DNA of 64,000 bases from Methanomicrobiales archaeon HGW-Methanomicrobiales-2 (GTDB lineage: Archaea; Halobacteriota; Methanomicrobia; Methanomicrobiales; Methanoculleaceae): NCBI GenBank assembly GCA_002839645.1, contig PGYL01000012.1:12706-76705 (forward strand), written 5' to 3'. How positions within the stretch are numbered: the stretch's first letter is position 1; each line of letters starts with the position of its first letter. This document shows, piece by piece, positions 19,056 to 27,701 of the stretch. A program made the translations under genes and the position numbers. A model generated the notes under the pieces. That model did no database searches and was not told the DNA's origin. It was given only the letters and a program-made list of their open reading frames with translations.

Positions 19056-20291
19056 TCATGCGCCATACTTATGACTCTTATTAATTAGATCCAGAGCGAT
19101 CGGCATGAGATCGCAGCCGCGGATACGGTGGAGCCCGCCTTCTGCACACGAAATTTCGTCGAACCGGCTCGTCCGGTCGGTCCGGACACCCGGGCCCCTG
19201 ATGACGACCGGGACCGGGTCGGCGCTGTGATCTTTGATCGAACAGGGGGTGCTGTGATCGGCGCAGACGACGATCAGGGTATCGGAGAGCGTGAGCAGCG
19301 GCTTGAGCGCCGCGTCGATCACCTCGATGAAGTCTCGTTTCTGGATACCTTTCCCGTCGTGTCCGGCCTCGTCCGCACCCTTGATGTTCATCAGCACGAA
19401 GTCTTTCCGGCCGAGTTCACCTATCGCCGTCTTCACCTTGGCGTCGAGATCGGAGTCGGCCGATCCGGTCGTTCCCGGCACCGGGATGTGCTCGAGCCCC
19501 ACGACCTTCCCGATCCCGGAGATGAGGGTGGCCGCAGAGATGACGCTCCCGGAAAGCCCGTAGCGCTCGGAGAACTGTGGGAGCGTGCCCATCTTCCCGG
19601 CACCCCGGATCAGGAGGAAGTTTCCCGGTGGGAGGCCTTCTTCCCTCCGCCGGACGTTAACCGGGTGGCCGTAGAGGATCTCTCTGGACTGACGGATGAA
19701 CTCGTTGCAGGCGCGGGCGGTCTTTCTATCCGCCGGATCGTCGGTGCAGGGCTGGACGGCCGGCGGTCTCACCCCCTCCCCCTTCGGGTCGTTTGAGGAG
19801 ACCTTATCGCCGAGCTCTTCCCCGACGAGGGCGAGGGCCGCCCGGTGGCCGGCGCCCGCCTCGAACCGGAACTCAAGGCCGAGCCCTGAGAGGTCCACGC
19901 CGTCCCGGATCGCTTCGGCGAGTGGTTCCGTCCCGGAGATCCGGCCGGCCCGGCGGTCGGTGACGAGACCGTCCGCGTCCACGGTGGCAAAGTTGCACCG
20001 AAACCCGATCATCCCGGCGGTCATGCTGATGCCGGTCCCCTCGGCCTCCAGCGGGCCCCGGCCGGTGTAGTACTCCTGCGGCGGGTAGCCGAGCAGGGCA
20101 AGGTGGGAGGTGTCGGACCCGGGGCGTATGCCGGGCGCGATGGTATCCATAATCCCGCATACGCCCTCGCCCGCGATCCGGTCGAGAACCGGAGTCCGTG
20201 CGGCCGCAAGGGGGGTCCGTCCATCCAGCGCTTCGCAGGGACGGTCGGAGATCCCGTCCAGTACCAGGAATAACACCTTGTGAGCGATCAT
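19056..20291 (-). CDS. apgM: 2,3-bisphosphoglycerate-independent phosphoglycerate mutase, archaeal type
   Basis: LVLDGISD, PGSDTSHLALLGY, KGADEAGHDG, ADHSTP, HSADPVP. Confidence 0.95.
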   Translation of the reverse strand: MIAHKVLFLVLDGISDRPCEALDGRTPLAAARTPVLDRIAGEGVCGIMDTIAPGIRPGSDTSHLALLGYPPQEYYTGRGPLEAEGTGISMTAGMIGFRCNFATVDADGLVTDRRAGRISGTEPLAEAIRDGVDLSGLGLEFRFEAGAGHRAALALVGEELGDKVSSNDPKGEGVRPPAVQPCTDDPADRKTARACNEFIRQSREILYGHPVNVRRREEGLPPGNFLLIRGAGKMGTLPQFSERYGLSGSVISAATLISGIGKVVGLEHIPVPGTTGSADSDLDAKVKTAIGELGRKDFVLMNIKGADEAGHDGKGIQKRDFIEVIDAALKPLLTLSDTLIVVCADHSTPCSIKDHSADPVPVVIRGPGVRTDRTSRFDEISCAEGGLHRIRGCDLMPIALDLINKSHKYGA

Positions 20292-20318
20292 CGAGAACAG
20301 ATGAGATTTTGGACCTGA

Positions 20319-20792
20319 TTACTCTTCCCGGTGGATGGCGATGACCCGGGCTGTCAGGCCGCTCCCTCCCTTCTCCACGAGTGCCAGGCACCGCTCCGCA
20401 TGGTGGAGCGCCTCCTTAGCGAGGGCTTCGCTGTGCTCGCGGCGTTCCTCTCCGTAACCGATCATGACGAGGACGTTGGCCGTCTTGATCATATCGGCCG
20501 AGAGGCACCGGATCTCCACGGCGAGGTCTTCGCCGAGGGTCGCCTCCATATCGCATATGCAGTCGTAGAGCTGGTGTGAATACCGGTCAAGCAGCGCATT
20601 TGTGGCGAGAACCCGTGCGGCGCCGCCCTCTTTCTCTGCAAGGTCGGTCCACTCCCGGTGGAACTGAACGAGCATCCTCCTGATGAGCCCCCGGGCTATC
20701 GTCTGCTGTTCGTCGAAAGCGCGCTCGTTGAGCACAACCCGGCCTGGCCGCCGCGTACCTGCATGCTGCTTCTCTGCCGTCACCATCTTCAC
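20319..20792 (-). CDS. Hypothetical alpha-helical protein
   Basis: 157-aa ORF with normal codon style, co-oriented with apgM and filling the gap. Confidence 0.6.
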   Translation of the reverse strand: MKMVTAEKQHAGTRRPGRVVLNERAFDEQQTIARGLIRRMLVQFHREWTDLAEKEGGAARVLATNALLDRYSHQLYDCICDMEATLGEDLAVEIRCLSADMIKTANVLVMIGYGEERREHSEALAKEALHHAERCLALVEKGGSGLTARVIAIHREE

Positions 20793-20913
20793 CCCTTTGC
20801 CACGCTCCGGCGGAGGTGTATCAGGTCATAGGGCATATACCCTTGCTATCCCATCACCGACGAGGGGGCGGGAAGGTACAGATGTTAATAAAATTGGGGT
20901 TGAGCAGCCGGCC

Positions 20914-21507
20914 TTATACGGCCGCGACCTGCTCCAGTTTGGACTTGGTGATCTCGACCCGGCGGATCGGGTAGATCGTCTTTACGGCCTTGAAGACGTC
21001 CCGGGCCATGTCGCCGGAGACGATCTCCTTGACCAGGGTCTCGAAGTCGCTCTCCGCCGCGCGGGCGGAGAGAGCCTGCGAGATCGCCTGCCGTACGGCG
21101 TGGACCTGGCTCTGATCGGCCCTTGATAAGGTGAGACAGACGACCGTCACCCGCAGGAGTTTCTTGTCCTTGCTGGTGATCGGGTGGATGGTGTCGATGC
21201 GGGATGCCCGCCGCTTGACCATCGACCGGAGGTAGTCCCGGGTCACTTCGTGACCGACGAACTCCGTGTACGCAGCGTCGCCGGCCACGTTGTTGATCTT
21301 AAACCTCATCTTGATGTGAGACTTTGAGTAGTCCTGCACAACTTCACCGAGCGTCGCGGTCATGATGCGGCCGACCATGTTCGCGGGGTCGGCCGAGATG
21401 GCGTCGCCGATCTCAGCTTTGCCGAAGGCGTCGGGTACGTAGACACGGTACCACTTCTTGGCCTTCCAGCCTTCCAGCCTTCTTCCAACCTGTTTCTTCC
21501 TTGCCAT
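20914..21507 (-). CDS. rps3ae: 30S ribosomal protein eS1 (S3Ae)
   Basis: WKAKKWYRVYVP...GRIMTATLGE...TIYPIRRVEITKS. Confidence 0.96.
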   Translation of the reverse strand: MARKKQVGRRLEGWKAKKWYRVYVPDAFGKAEIGDAISADPANMVGRIMTATLGEVVQDYSKSHIKMRFKINNVAGDAAYTEFVGHEVTRDYLRSMVKRRASRIDTIHPITSKDKKLLRVTVVCLTLSRADQSQVHAVRQAISQALSARAAESDFETLVKEIVSGDMARDVFKAVKTIYPIRRVEITKSKLEQVAAV

Positions 21508-21589
21508 GGTATCACTTCTCTCTTTTATATCGATTTTTCAGCCCAAAGGAGCCTGAACACACTCTGGAACTTCCCGATTCTCTCCACCG

Positions 21590-21814
21590 TCACCGTGAGG
21601 CAGAGGTACATACGTCCTCTGCTATCGCCAGGTTCATGAGGTAATCATCCACCGAAGCGGTGATTGACCGAAGTCTGGTCCCGTCGATCTCGGCCCGCAC
21701 CCCTCCCTCTATCGGGTAGGTCCTGATCAGGGTGAGGTTATCGGGCTCAAGTGCCGCCGCCACGCATTCGGGATGGCTGTGCGGCGTCTCGATGGTGCCC
21801 TCGATCCGGATCAT
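21590..21814 (-). CDS. pcc1: KEOPS complex subunit Pcc1
   Basis: 74 aa; AALEPDN...LRSITASVDDYLMNLAIAE; conserved position between the DHH gene and rps3ae. Confidence 0.85.
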   Translation of the reverse strand: MIRIEGTIETPHSHPECVAAALEPDNLTLIRTYPIEGGVRAEIDGTRLRSITASVDDYLMNLAIAEDVCTSASR

Positions 21815-23028
21815 GCGGCCACCGCCTCCAGGAGTTCCTGCCTGAACCGGTCCGCCTGGTCGGCGTCGATCCGGGCGCCGGCCCTCCGGCGATGTCCGCC
21901 GCCCTGGCCCCCGCACGTCTCTGCGAGTCTCCGCATCAGTGCCTCGAGATCGAGGTCGATGCCCGGCGGACAGCGTGCCGATACGGAACAACGGCCTCCC
22001 TGATCTCCGATGACGAAGACGGGGCCGCTCTGAACCAGGTCGTTTGCGAGCGCATCCGCGACATCGCTTGCTACCCCTCCGTCGTCCACCGCAAAGAGGG
22101 CGACGCGCTCGTCGAGGCGGCGTGCCCCGCGGATCCCGGCGATGACCGCCTGCCGGTAGCGGGCGGTGATCTCCCAGGCTTCCGGGAGAGCGCTGGTCGA
22201 GCGGAGGCAGAGTGATGCGCCGATATCTCCGCTCCCGGCCTTGCCGCAGGCGTCGACGACGGCGGCGAGATTCAGGGCCTCGTCGATCGTTTCCCGCCCG
22301 AGACTGTAGGTGGTCCCCCAGATCCCGCAGAGTGCGGGGAGGGACGCTTTCGGGGCGGCCGCAAGGACGACCCGGGAGAGGAGGGACTCGATATCCAGAT
22401 CGTCCTCGTCGGTGACCTGCGCAACCAGTGCCCGGGCGGCATCGGGATCGCCCGAGAACCCGGTGAGGTAGGGATTGACGGCGAGCGCGAGCTGCTCGAC
22501 GAGGCCCCTTCCCGGGAGGCGGAGGCCGCGGCGGGGTGTGATGAACCCGTTTGCAATGCCTTCGCTGGATATGTCCCGGTTCGGCCCCTCGAGATCCTGG
22601 CCGTCGCCGATGATCCCGAGGAGCGCGAGCCCCGCGAGGTCGCGGTTGTCCCCCATGCGCTGGGCGACGATGTAGGCCGCGCCGGCAGCCGAGAGGTTCC
22701 GTTCGCCGTCAATCCCGGCGAGGTGCGGGTTGACGTGGTAGTCGCCCTCGAAGTGGGGCAGGTGGTGGTCCACCACCATCACGTCGTCGGGGAGGTCCGA
22801 GAGTGCTGATCCGAAGTCGCAGAGAAGCACGCTGCCTTCGCGAGGCAGGTCGGCCGTGGAGATGCCTGAGCGGATCCTCAGCCGGAACCGTCCGCCCTCG
22901 CGGAACATGGCGTGGCAGAGGATGGATGCGGCGGCTATGCCGTCCGCATCGTGGTGCGCCAGCACCTCCACAAACTCCTGCTCGAGCAGGCGATCGGCCA
23001 GGCGAGCAGCAGCGGCGTCAAGCGACAT
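21811..23028 (-). CDS. DHH/DHHA1 phosphoesterase (RecJ/Cdc45-like)
   Basis: HHDADG, CDFGS, DHH, C-terminal GGGH; conserved rps15-linked locus. Confidence 0.88.
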   Translation of the reverse strand: MSLDAAAARLADRLLEQEFVEVLAHHDADGIAAASILCHAMFREGGRFRLRIRSGISTADLPREGSVLLCDFGSALSDLPDDVMVVDHHLPHFEGDYHVNPHLAGIDGERNLSAAGAAYIVAQRMGDNRDLAGLALLGIIGDGQDLEGPNRDISSEGIANGFITPRRGLRLPGRGLVEQLALAVNPYLTGFSGDPDAARALVAQVTDEDDLDIESLLSRVVLAAAPKASLPALCGIWGTTYSLGRETIDEALNLAAVVDACGKAGSGDIGASLCLRSTSALPEAWEITARYRQAVIAGIRGARRLDERVALFAVDDGGVASDVADALANDLVQSGPVFVIGDQGGRCSVSARCPPGIDLDLEALMRRLAETCGGQGGGHRRRAGARIDADQADRFRQELLEAVAA

Positions 23029-23034
23029 GGATCA

Positions 23035-23493
23035 TCAGCGGGTGAGCAGGATCTCCGCAGTCTCCGGCTTGTAAGTCCAGCCTTTCGGCATCCGTCCGGA
23101 CTTGACGTAGTACTTGACCAGTCTGCGCACCTTGGACTCGGCTATCTGAAGCTGCCGGGCGTTGTGCACATCCTTCTTGTTCTCCGCAAGGTGTTTCCTT
23201 ATCCCGAGCGCTTTCTGCATCAGGTTCCGGAGATCTTCGGGGATCTCGGATTCAAGGCCCTTCTCGCGGAGGATCTCGTTTACGCGCTTGCCAGTGGCGA
23301 GCTTGACGTCGGGGACAGCATATCTGTCCCGTAGCGCAAGGCCAATCTGACTGGTCGACATGCCGTCTTTGCGGAGATCAACGATAATCTTCTCGATCTC
23401 CGGTGCGTCCGTGTTGGACCACCCGGGTGCTTCCTTCCGGTAAGGTCGGACGGAACTGCTGGTTCCGCGGCGCCGAGCGTACATTCTTGCCAT
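23035..23493 (-). CDS. rps15: 30S ribosomal protein uS15
   Basis: MARMYARRRGTSSSVRP...IPEDLRNL...ESKVRRLVKYY. Confidence 0.97.
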   Translation of the reverse strand: MARMYARRRGTSSSVRPYRKEAPGWSNTDAPEIEKIIVDLRKDGMSTSQIGLALRDRYAVPDVKLATGKRVNEILREKGLESEIPEDLRNLMQKALGIRKHLAENKKDVHNARQLQIAESKVRRLVKYYVKSGRMPKGWTYKPETAEILLTR

Positions 23494-23521
23494 TCATACA
23501 CCTCCGTTAGATATACTATGC

Positions 23522-23630
23522 TAAGTCCAGAAAAGAGTCCGTTATCTGACTAATCTCTGTAATCCCGAGCCCTTGCGGGCCGTGCTCCGGGAGCACGTCG
23601 GACTTACCATAGCCAGCACATATGGTGCTG
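23522..23630 (-). ncRNA. Structured 5' leader of rps15 (candidate S15-Methanomicrobia-type ribosomal leader)
   Basis: Closing stem TAAGTCC(23522-28)/GGACTTA(23600-06) encloses hairpins at 23569-80 (GCAA loop on the minus strand) and 23581-97; extra hairpin at 23614-30. Confidence 0.6.
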
Positions 23631-23909
23631 CATCATATTCACCGGGAGGCGTCTTAAGGATATCGGGCGGGTGCGCAAGGAGCCGGGAGCGATCTTCTTC
23701 GTAGGGTTATCTTATGGAGGTGAAGGGGCAGAGCGGGAAGACCCGGCCTTTTCGTCGTCCGGATGCTTCTGGGGCGCTACACGGAGAGCTATCGGGTACC
23801 CGGCCACCCGGAGGGGGGCTGCCGTCACACTCCCTCTGCCGCGGTACCGTCCGGCGGACGGTGAGCCGAATATTTATCTCCTCCCTGACCAATATGTACT
23901 GGTACCAGC

Positions 23910-23980
23910 GCGATAGTAGTCTAGCGGTAGGACAGGGGCTTCCCAAGCCTCTAGCCCGGGTTCGATTCCCGGCTATCGCA
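23910..23980 (+). tRNA. tRNA-Gly (CCC)
   Basis: Acceptor GCGATAG/CTATCGC, anticodon arm GGGGC-TTCCCAA-GCCTC, T arm CCGGG-TTCGATT-CCCGG; no encoded CCA. Confidence 0.96.
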
Positions 23981-24056
23981 TCGGTATTCTGAGTCTGCGT
24001 CTTTTTGTTCCGTCTTTTGCCCGAGATTGTTTCGTCTACGATCAAACAGGCAGAGA

Positions 24057-24078
24057 GCCCACGACTTTAGTCGTGGGA
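24057..24078. repeat. Left-end palindromic hairpin GCCCACGACTTTAGTCGTGGGA
   Basis: 22-bp exact copy of 25240-25261. Confidence 0.92.
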
Positions 24079-24127
24079 TGAATGCCGTCGACAACTGTAT
24101 CTAAGCACAAGTCAAGATATTATTACA

Positions 24128-25228
24128 ATGCGTAGAGCGTATCATTACCGGATCTATCCGACCAAATCTCAGGTCACCCTCCTTGACCGGACGCTTGAGA
24201 TTTGCCTGTGGGTCTATAACGATACGCTCGCATTGCGAAAGAACGCCTGGGAACAAGAACAGCGTTCGGTTTCCCTGTATGAGACGAACAAGATCCTGAC
24301 GCAATGGAAACGCGAACGACCTGAACTGAAGGAAGTCTATGCTCAGACCCTCCAGAATGTCCAGGTCCGGGTGGATCTCGCGCTCAAAGCCTTCTTCCGG
24401 CGGGTGAAGTCTGGAGAGAAGCCGGGCTATCCCCGGTTCAAGGGGAAGGGCCGGTATGACAGTTTCACGTATCCCCAGGCCGAAAAAGGCGGGGTCAAGT
24501 TTGTCGGAGAACGTCTTAACCTCTCGAAGATTGGAGATGTGAAGATCGTCCTCCACCGTCCGATCGAAGGGACGATCAAGACCCTCACGATCCGACGCTC
24601 GGCAACCGGGAAATGGTATGCCTGCTTCTCGGTCGAGTATGATCCTTCTCCAGCACCGCAGAAAGAAACCACGGTCGGGATCGATGTCGGCCTGGAATCA
24701 TTTGCCTCATTATCAAATGGGGAGAAGATCGAGAACCCCCGGTTCTTCCGCACCGAAGAGAAGGCCCTTGCTAAGGCACAGAGAAGGCTCTCAAAAGCAG
24801 AGAAAGGCACTCCTGAACGGAGGAAGGTCAGAAAGATCGTCGCGCACGTTCACGAACGGATCGCTAACAGACGGCTCAATTTTGCTCATCAAACCTCCCG
24901 TCAGTTGGTGGATCGGTTCGGTACGATTGTGTTTGAGGATCTGAACATCAGAAATATGCAGAAAAACCACTGTCTGGCCAAAAGCATAGCCGATGTGGCC
25001 TGGAACCAGTTCGTCACGATCACGCAGAGCAAAGCGGAAGATGCTGGCTCGCATGTGATCCTAGTGAACCCCAGAAACACCTCGCAGATGTGCTCCAGAT
25101 GTGGCAAGATCGTTGCCAAGACGCTTTCTAATCGGGTTCACACCTGCCCACATTGTGGGTTGGAAATGGATCGTGACCAGAACGCGGCGATCAATATATT
25201 GAGATTGGGGCTGCAATCTCTCGGGTAA
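24128..25228 (+). CDS. tnpB: TnpB RNA-guided endonuclease
   Basis: HTH YRIYPTKSQ; RuvC-I GIDVG, RuvC-II FEDL, zinc finger CSRC/CPHC, RuvC-III DRDQNAAINI. Confidence 0.95.
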   Translation: MRRAYHYRIYPTKSQVTLLDRTLEICLWVYNDTLALRKNAWEQEQRSVSLYETNKILTQWKRERPELKEVYAQTLQNVQVRVDLALKAFFRRVKSGEKPGYPRFKGKGRYDSFTYPQAEKGGVKFVGERLNLSKIGDVKIVLHRPIEGTIKTLTIRRSATGKWYACFSVEYDPSPAPQKETTVGIDVGLESFASLSNGEKIENPRFFRTEEKALAKAQRRLSKAEKGTPERRKVRKIVAHVHERIANRRLNFAHQTSRQLVDRFGTIVFEDLNIRNMQKNHCLAKSIADVAWNQFVTITQSKAEDAGSHVILVNPRNTSQMCSRCGKIVAKTLSNRVHTCPHCGLEMDRDQNAAINILRLGLQSLG

Positions 25229-25290
25229 CATCCGTAGATGCCCACGACTTTAGTCGTGGGAGCAGTCACCGGTAGTCATCGCACAGCGGG
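25080..25290 (+). ncRNA. Predicted TnpB omega (re)RNA: tnpB 3' end and right end, plus a guide from flanking DNA
   Basis: Position follows from established TnpB biology; the 5' boundary is a guess; the guide would begin CGGTAGTCATCGCACAG at 25270. Confidence 0.5.
25240..25261. repeat. Right-end palindromic hairpin of the IS
   Basis: Exact copy of 24057-24078. Confidence 0.92.
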
Positions 25291-25338
25291 AGGACCGGTG
25301 CAGGTGTCGGCCTGCAGGTCCCTTGAGTTTGCCGGGCC

Positions 25339-26175
25339 TTATCCTGAGTCCGGGTCGCACCCGGTGCCGGTATGGGCCGCAGTCGTCGTCTCCATCGGCA
25401 TCACCTCAAACCGGCAGTGATCAAACCCCATCGAGTAGCACCGGGTCTCGATCGCTTCCATCGGCCGCCCGTAGTGACGGGAGAAGAGCGCCCGGAGGAT
25501 GCCAGAGTCGAACGCGCACGCAGGCTTCCCCGTTACGGGCAGGTCGGCGCACTCGAAGCAGTCGTAGACGAGGAGCGTGAGCGGTTCCGTCCCTGCGATC
25601 TCGATCCGACCGAGGTTGTGCTCCTCCCAGAACCGGGCGATCTTTGCGCAGAAGGCCCCCGTATCCTTCTCGGCCACCGCCGGATAGAGTTCCTCCCCGA
25701 CCCGCTCGCCGGCACGGGTGAGGAGCGGGTCGAGGAGGATCCCCTCCTGCAGGAGCGAGACACGGATCGTCCGGAAGGTCAGTTTGTAGAACGCGAAGGG
25801 GTCGGCCGACCCCGGACGGTACGCCCCCGCGTAGGCGGCGAGCGCATCGGCCACCCGGTCTTCCGGCGAGACGCTCGCGATGAGGTCGCCGGTGAGAAAG
25901 AAGATCTTCCTCCGGGAATCCCCCGGGTCGGTCCGGGACCCGATCACACCCGTCGCCACGAGATCCTGGAGGTGCACCGAGACCGTCGACTTCGCCCGTC
26001 CTGCAAGGGAGACGATCTCATCGAACGTGTACTCGCGTTCCCGGAGTGCTGCAAGGATCGAACGCCGCACCGGGTTCTCGACTGCCCGCGTCCCGATCGG
26101 GGTCGAATACAGGTCTATCTCCCGGTCCGGCTTCGGCCGGCCGGGTCTCCCCCTGCCGTCCATCCTCTGTTCCAT
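25339..26175 (-). CDS. msvR: MsvR-like redox-sensing regulator (ArsR HTH plus V4R domain)
   Basis: HTH RAKSTVSVHLQDL; V4R cysteines YDCFEC, AC, RCYSMGFDHC; divergent from fprA with MsvR-type boxes between. Confidence 0.8.
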   Translation of the reverse strand: MEQRMDGRGRPGRPKPDREIDLYSTPIGTRAVENPVRRSILAALREREYTFDEIVSLAGRAKSTVSVHLQDLVATGVIGSRTDPGDSRRKIFFLTGDLIASVSPEDRVADALAAYAGAYRPGSADPFAFYKLTFRTIRVSLLQEGILLDPLLTRAGERVGEELYPAVAEKDTGAFCAKIARFWEEHNLGRIEIAGTEPLTLLVYDCFECADLPVTGKPACAFDSGILRALFSRHYGRPMEAIETRCYSMGFDHCRFEVMPMETTTAAHTGTGCDPDSG

Positions 26176-26206
26176 AGAGGAAGATCGAAAGGATGATATA
26201 TCAAAT

Positions 26207-26241
26207 GTTCGGATACACTAGAACGTTCGTATAATTACGAA
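26207..26241. promoter_or_regulatory. MsvR-type operator boxes
   Basis: TTCGTA-TAAT-TACGAA (26226-41) and imperfect TTCG-N8-AGAA (26208-23); the first contains TATAATTA, the likely fprA TATA box. Confidence 0.75.
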
Positions 26242-26257
26242 TAGTTTGGTGATAACA

Positions 26258-27472
26258 ATGATGGCTACGCAACTTGTCCCCGGCGTCCACTGGGTCGGGG
26301 CGATCGACTGGAACCTCCGGGAGTATCACGGCTACACCCTCCCGGGAACGACCTACAACGCCTACCTCGTCCGGGGCGAGAAGACGGCGCTCATCGACGG
26401 CGCTTACCACGGTTTCGAGGAAGAGGTCCTCGGCCGTGTCGGCTCCGTCTGCAATCCCGGCGCGATCGACTACATCGTCGTGAACCACATCGAGATGGAC
26501 CACTCCGGCACCCTGCCCGCGCTCGTGAAGAAACTGCCCGATGTCCCGATCTACTGCACGGAGCGGGCTCGCACCGGGCTTGCCCGCCACTACGACACGA
26601 CGGGCTGGAACATCCGGGTCGTCAAGAGCGGCGACACCCTCGACCTCGGCGGGAAGACGCTCGTCTTCCTCGAGGCGCCGATGCTCCACTGGCCCGACTC
26701 AATGTTCACCTATCTCGCCGAAGACGCCATCCTCTTCCCGAACGACGCCTTCGGGCAGCACGTCGCAAGCGCCGCCCGGTTCGACGACGAACTCGGCAGG
26801 GACGCGGCACTCGCTCACGCGCAGAAGTTCTTCGCGAACCTGATCATACCGCTGGCGCCGAAGGTCTTAAAAAAACTCGACGAGGTCGGGGGCCTTGGCA
26901 TCGATATCAAGATGGTTGCACCGAGTCACGGCGTCATCTGGCGATCGTACGCCGGTGATATTCTCAAGGCCTACACCGACTGGAGCCGGGGTGTCGCAAA
27001 AGACAAAGTCACGATCGTCTACGACACCATGCACGGCTCGACCACGATGATGGCGAAGGCGATCGCCGAGGGCATCATGGCCGAAGGCGCCGACGTCCGG
27101 GTCTGCCTCCTCCGCGACGGGCGCTACGAGGGGACGCACCGAAGCGACGTCGTCACGGAGGTGCTCGACTCGAAGGCGGTCCTCGTCGGATCGCCGACGC
27201 TCCAGGACGAGGTCCTCCCCACGGTGGCCGGGTTCCTCAGTTACCTCCGCGGCCTATCTCCCGGCCGGTTGGGGGCAAAGAAGATCGGGTGCGCGTTCGG
27301 GTCGCACGGGGGTATGGGGGGCGCGGTCGCCCGGGCCGAAGAGATCCTGAGGGCGGCCGGAATCGAGGTGATCGACGGCGGATTCCAGGTGAACTACCGT
27401 CCGGGCGGTGACGAACTCGCCCGGGCTTACGAACTCGGGCGGAAGGTGGCGCAGGAGATCCGGTCCCGGTGA
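26258..27472 (+). CDS. fprA: Flavodiiron protein (FprA, F420H2 oxidase family)
   Basis: GTTYNAYL, NHIEMDHSG, LHWPDS, NDAFGQH; flavodoxin domain YDTMHGST, GSPT, FGSHGG. Confidence 0.92.
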   Translation: MMATQLVPGVHWVGAIDWNLREYHGYTLPGTTYNAYLVRGEKTALIDGAYHGFEEEVLGRVGSVCNPGAIDYIVVNHIEMDHSGTLPALVKKLPDVPIYCTERARTGLARHYDTTGWNIRVVKSGDTLDLGGKTLVFLEAPMLHWPDSMFTYLAEDAILFPNDAFGQHVASAARFDDELGRDAALAHAQKFFANLIIPLAPKVLKKLDEVGGLGIDIKMVAPSHGVIWRSYAGDILKAYTDWSRGVAKDKVTIVYDTMHGSTTMMAKAIAEGIMAEGADVRVCLLRDGRYEGTHRSDVVTEVLDSKAVLVGSPTLQDEVLPTVAGFLSYLRGLSPGRLGAKKIGCAFGSHGGMGGAVARAEEILRAAGIEVIDGGFQVNYRPGGDELARAYELGRKVAQEIRSR

Positions 27473-27701
27473 CGTCTCCCCGGCAATCGGACTGCATGTC
27501 CTGCCCCGGGTGACGATCGCAACACACTCCTTTTTTTGCATCCGGTCGTGCCAGTGCGGCAACCTGCCCAACGAGCGTTCCTGTGGCCTTCGGAACGGGA
27601 CAACTCCCGAGCCCCGCTTTTGGGGAACCATAATCACGACTGCCGTTCTCTACCCCCGTGGTGCTGCACGGGAGGAGCGATCGCCGGGGAGAGGTGCAGG
27701 C

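Larger units (their letters stand above)
24043..25269 (+). mobile_element. IS200/IS605-family element carrying tnpB only (IS1341-like, non-autonomous)
   Basis: Identical subterminal hairpins at both ends; right end terminates ...GGGAGCAGTCAC (25269); no tnpA; left boundary approximate. Confidence 0.88.

Noticed and set aside
24057-25261. The two 22-bp repeats as a CRISPR array, and tnpB as Cas12
   Set aside because: Only two copies 1.2 kb apart, flanking the gene; they are IS200/IS605 end hairpins and the protein has TnpB size
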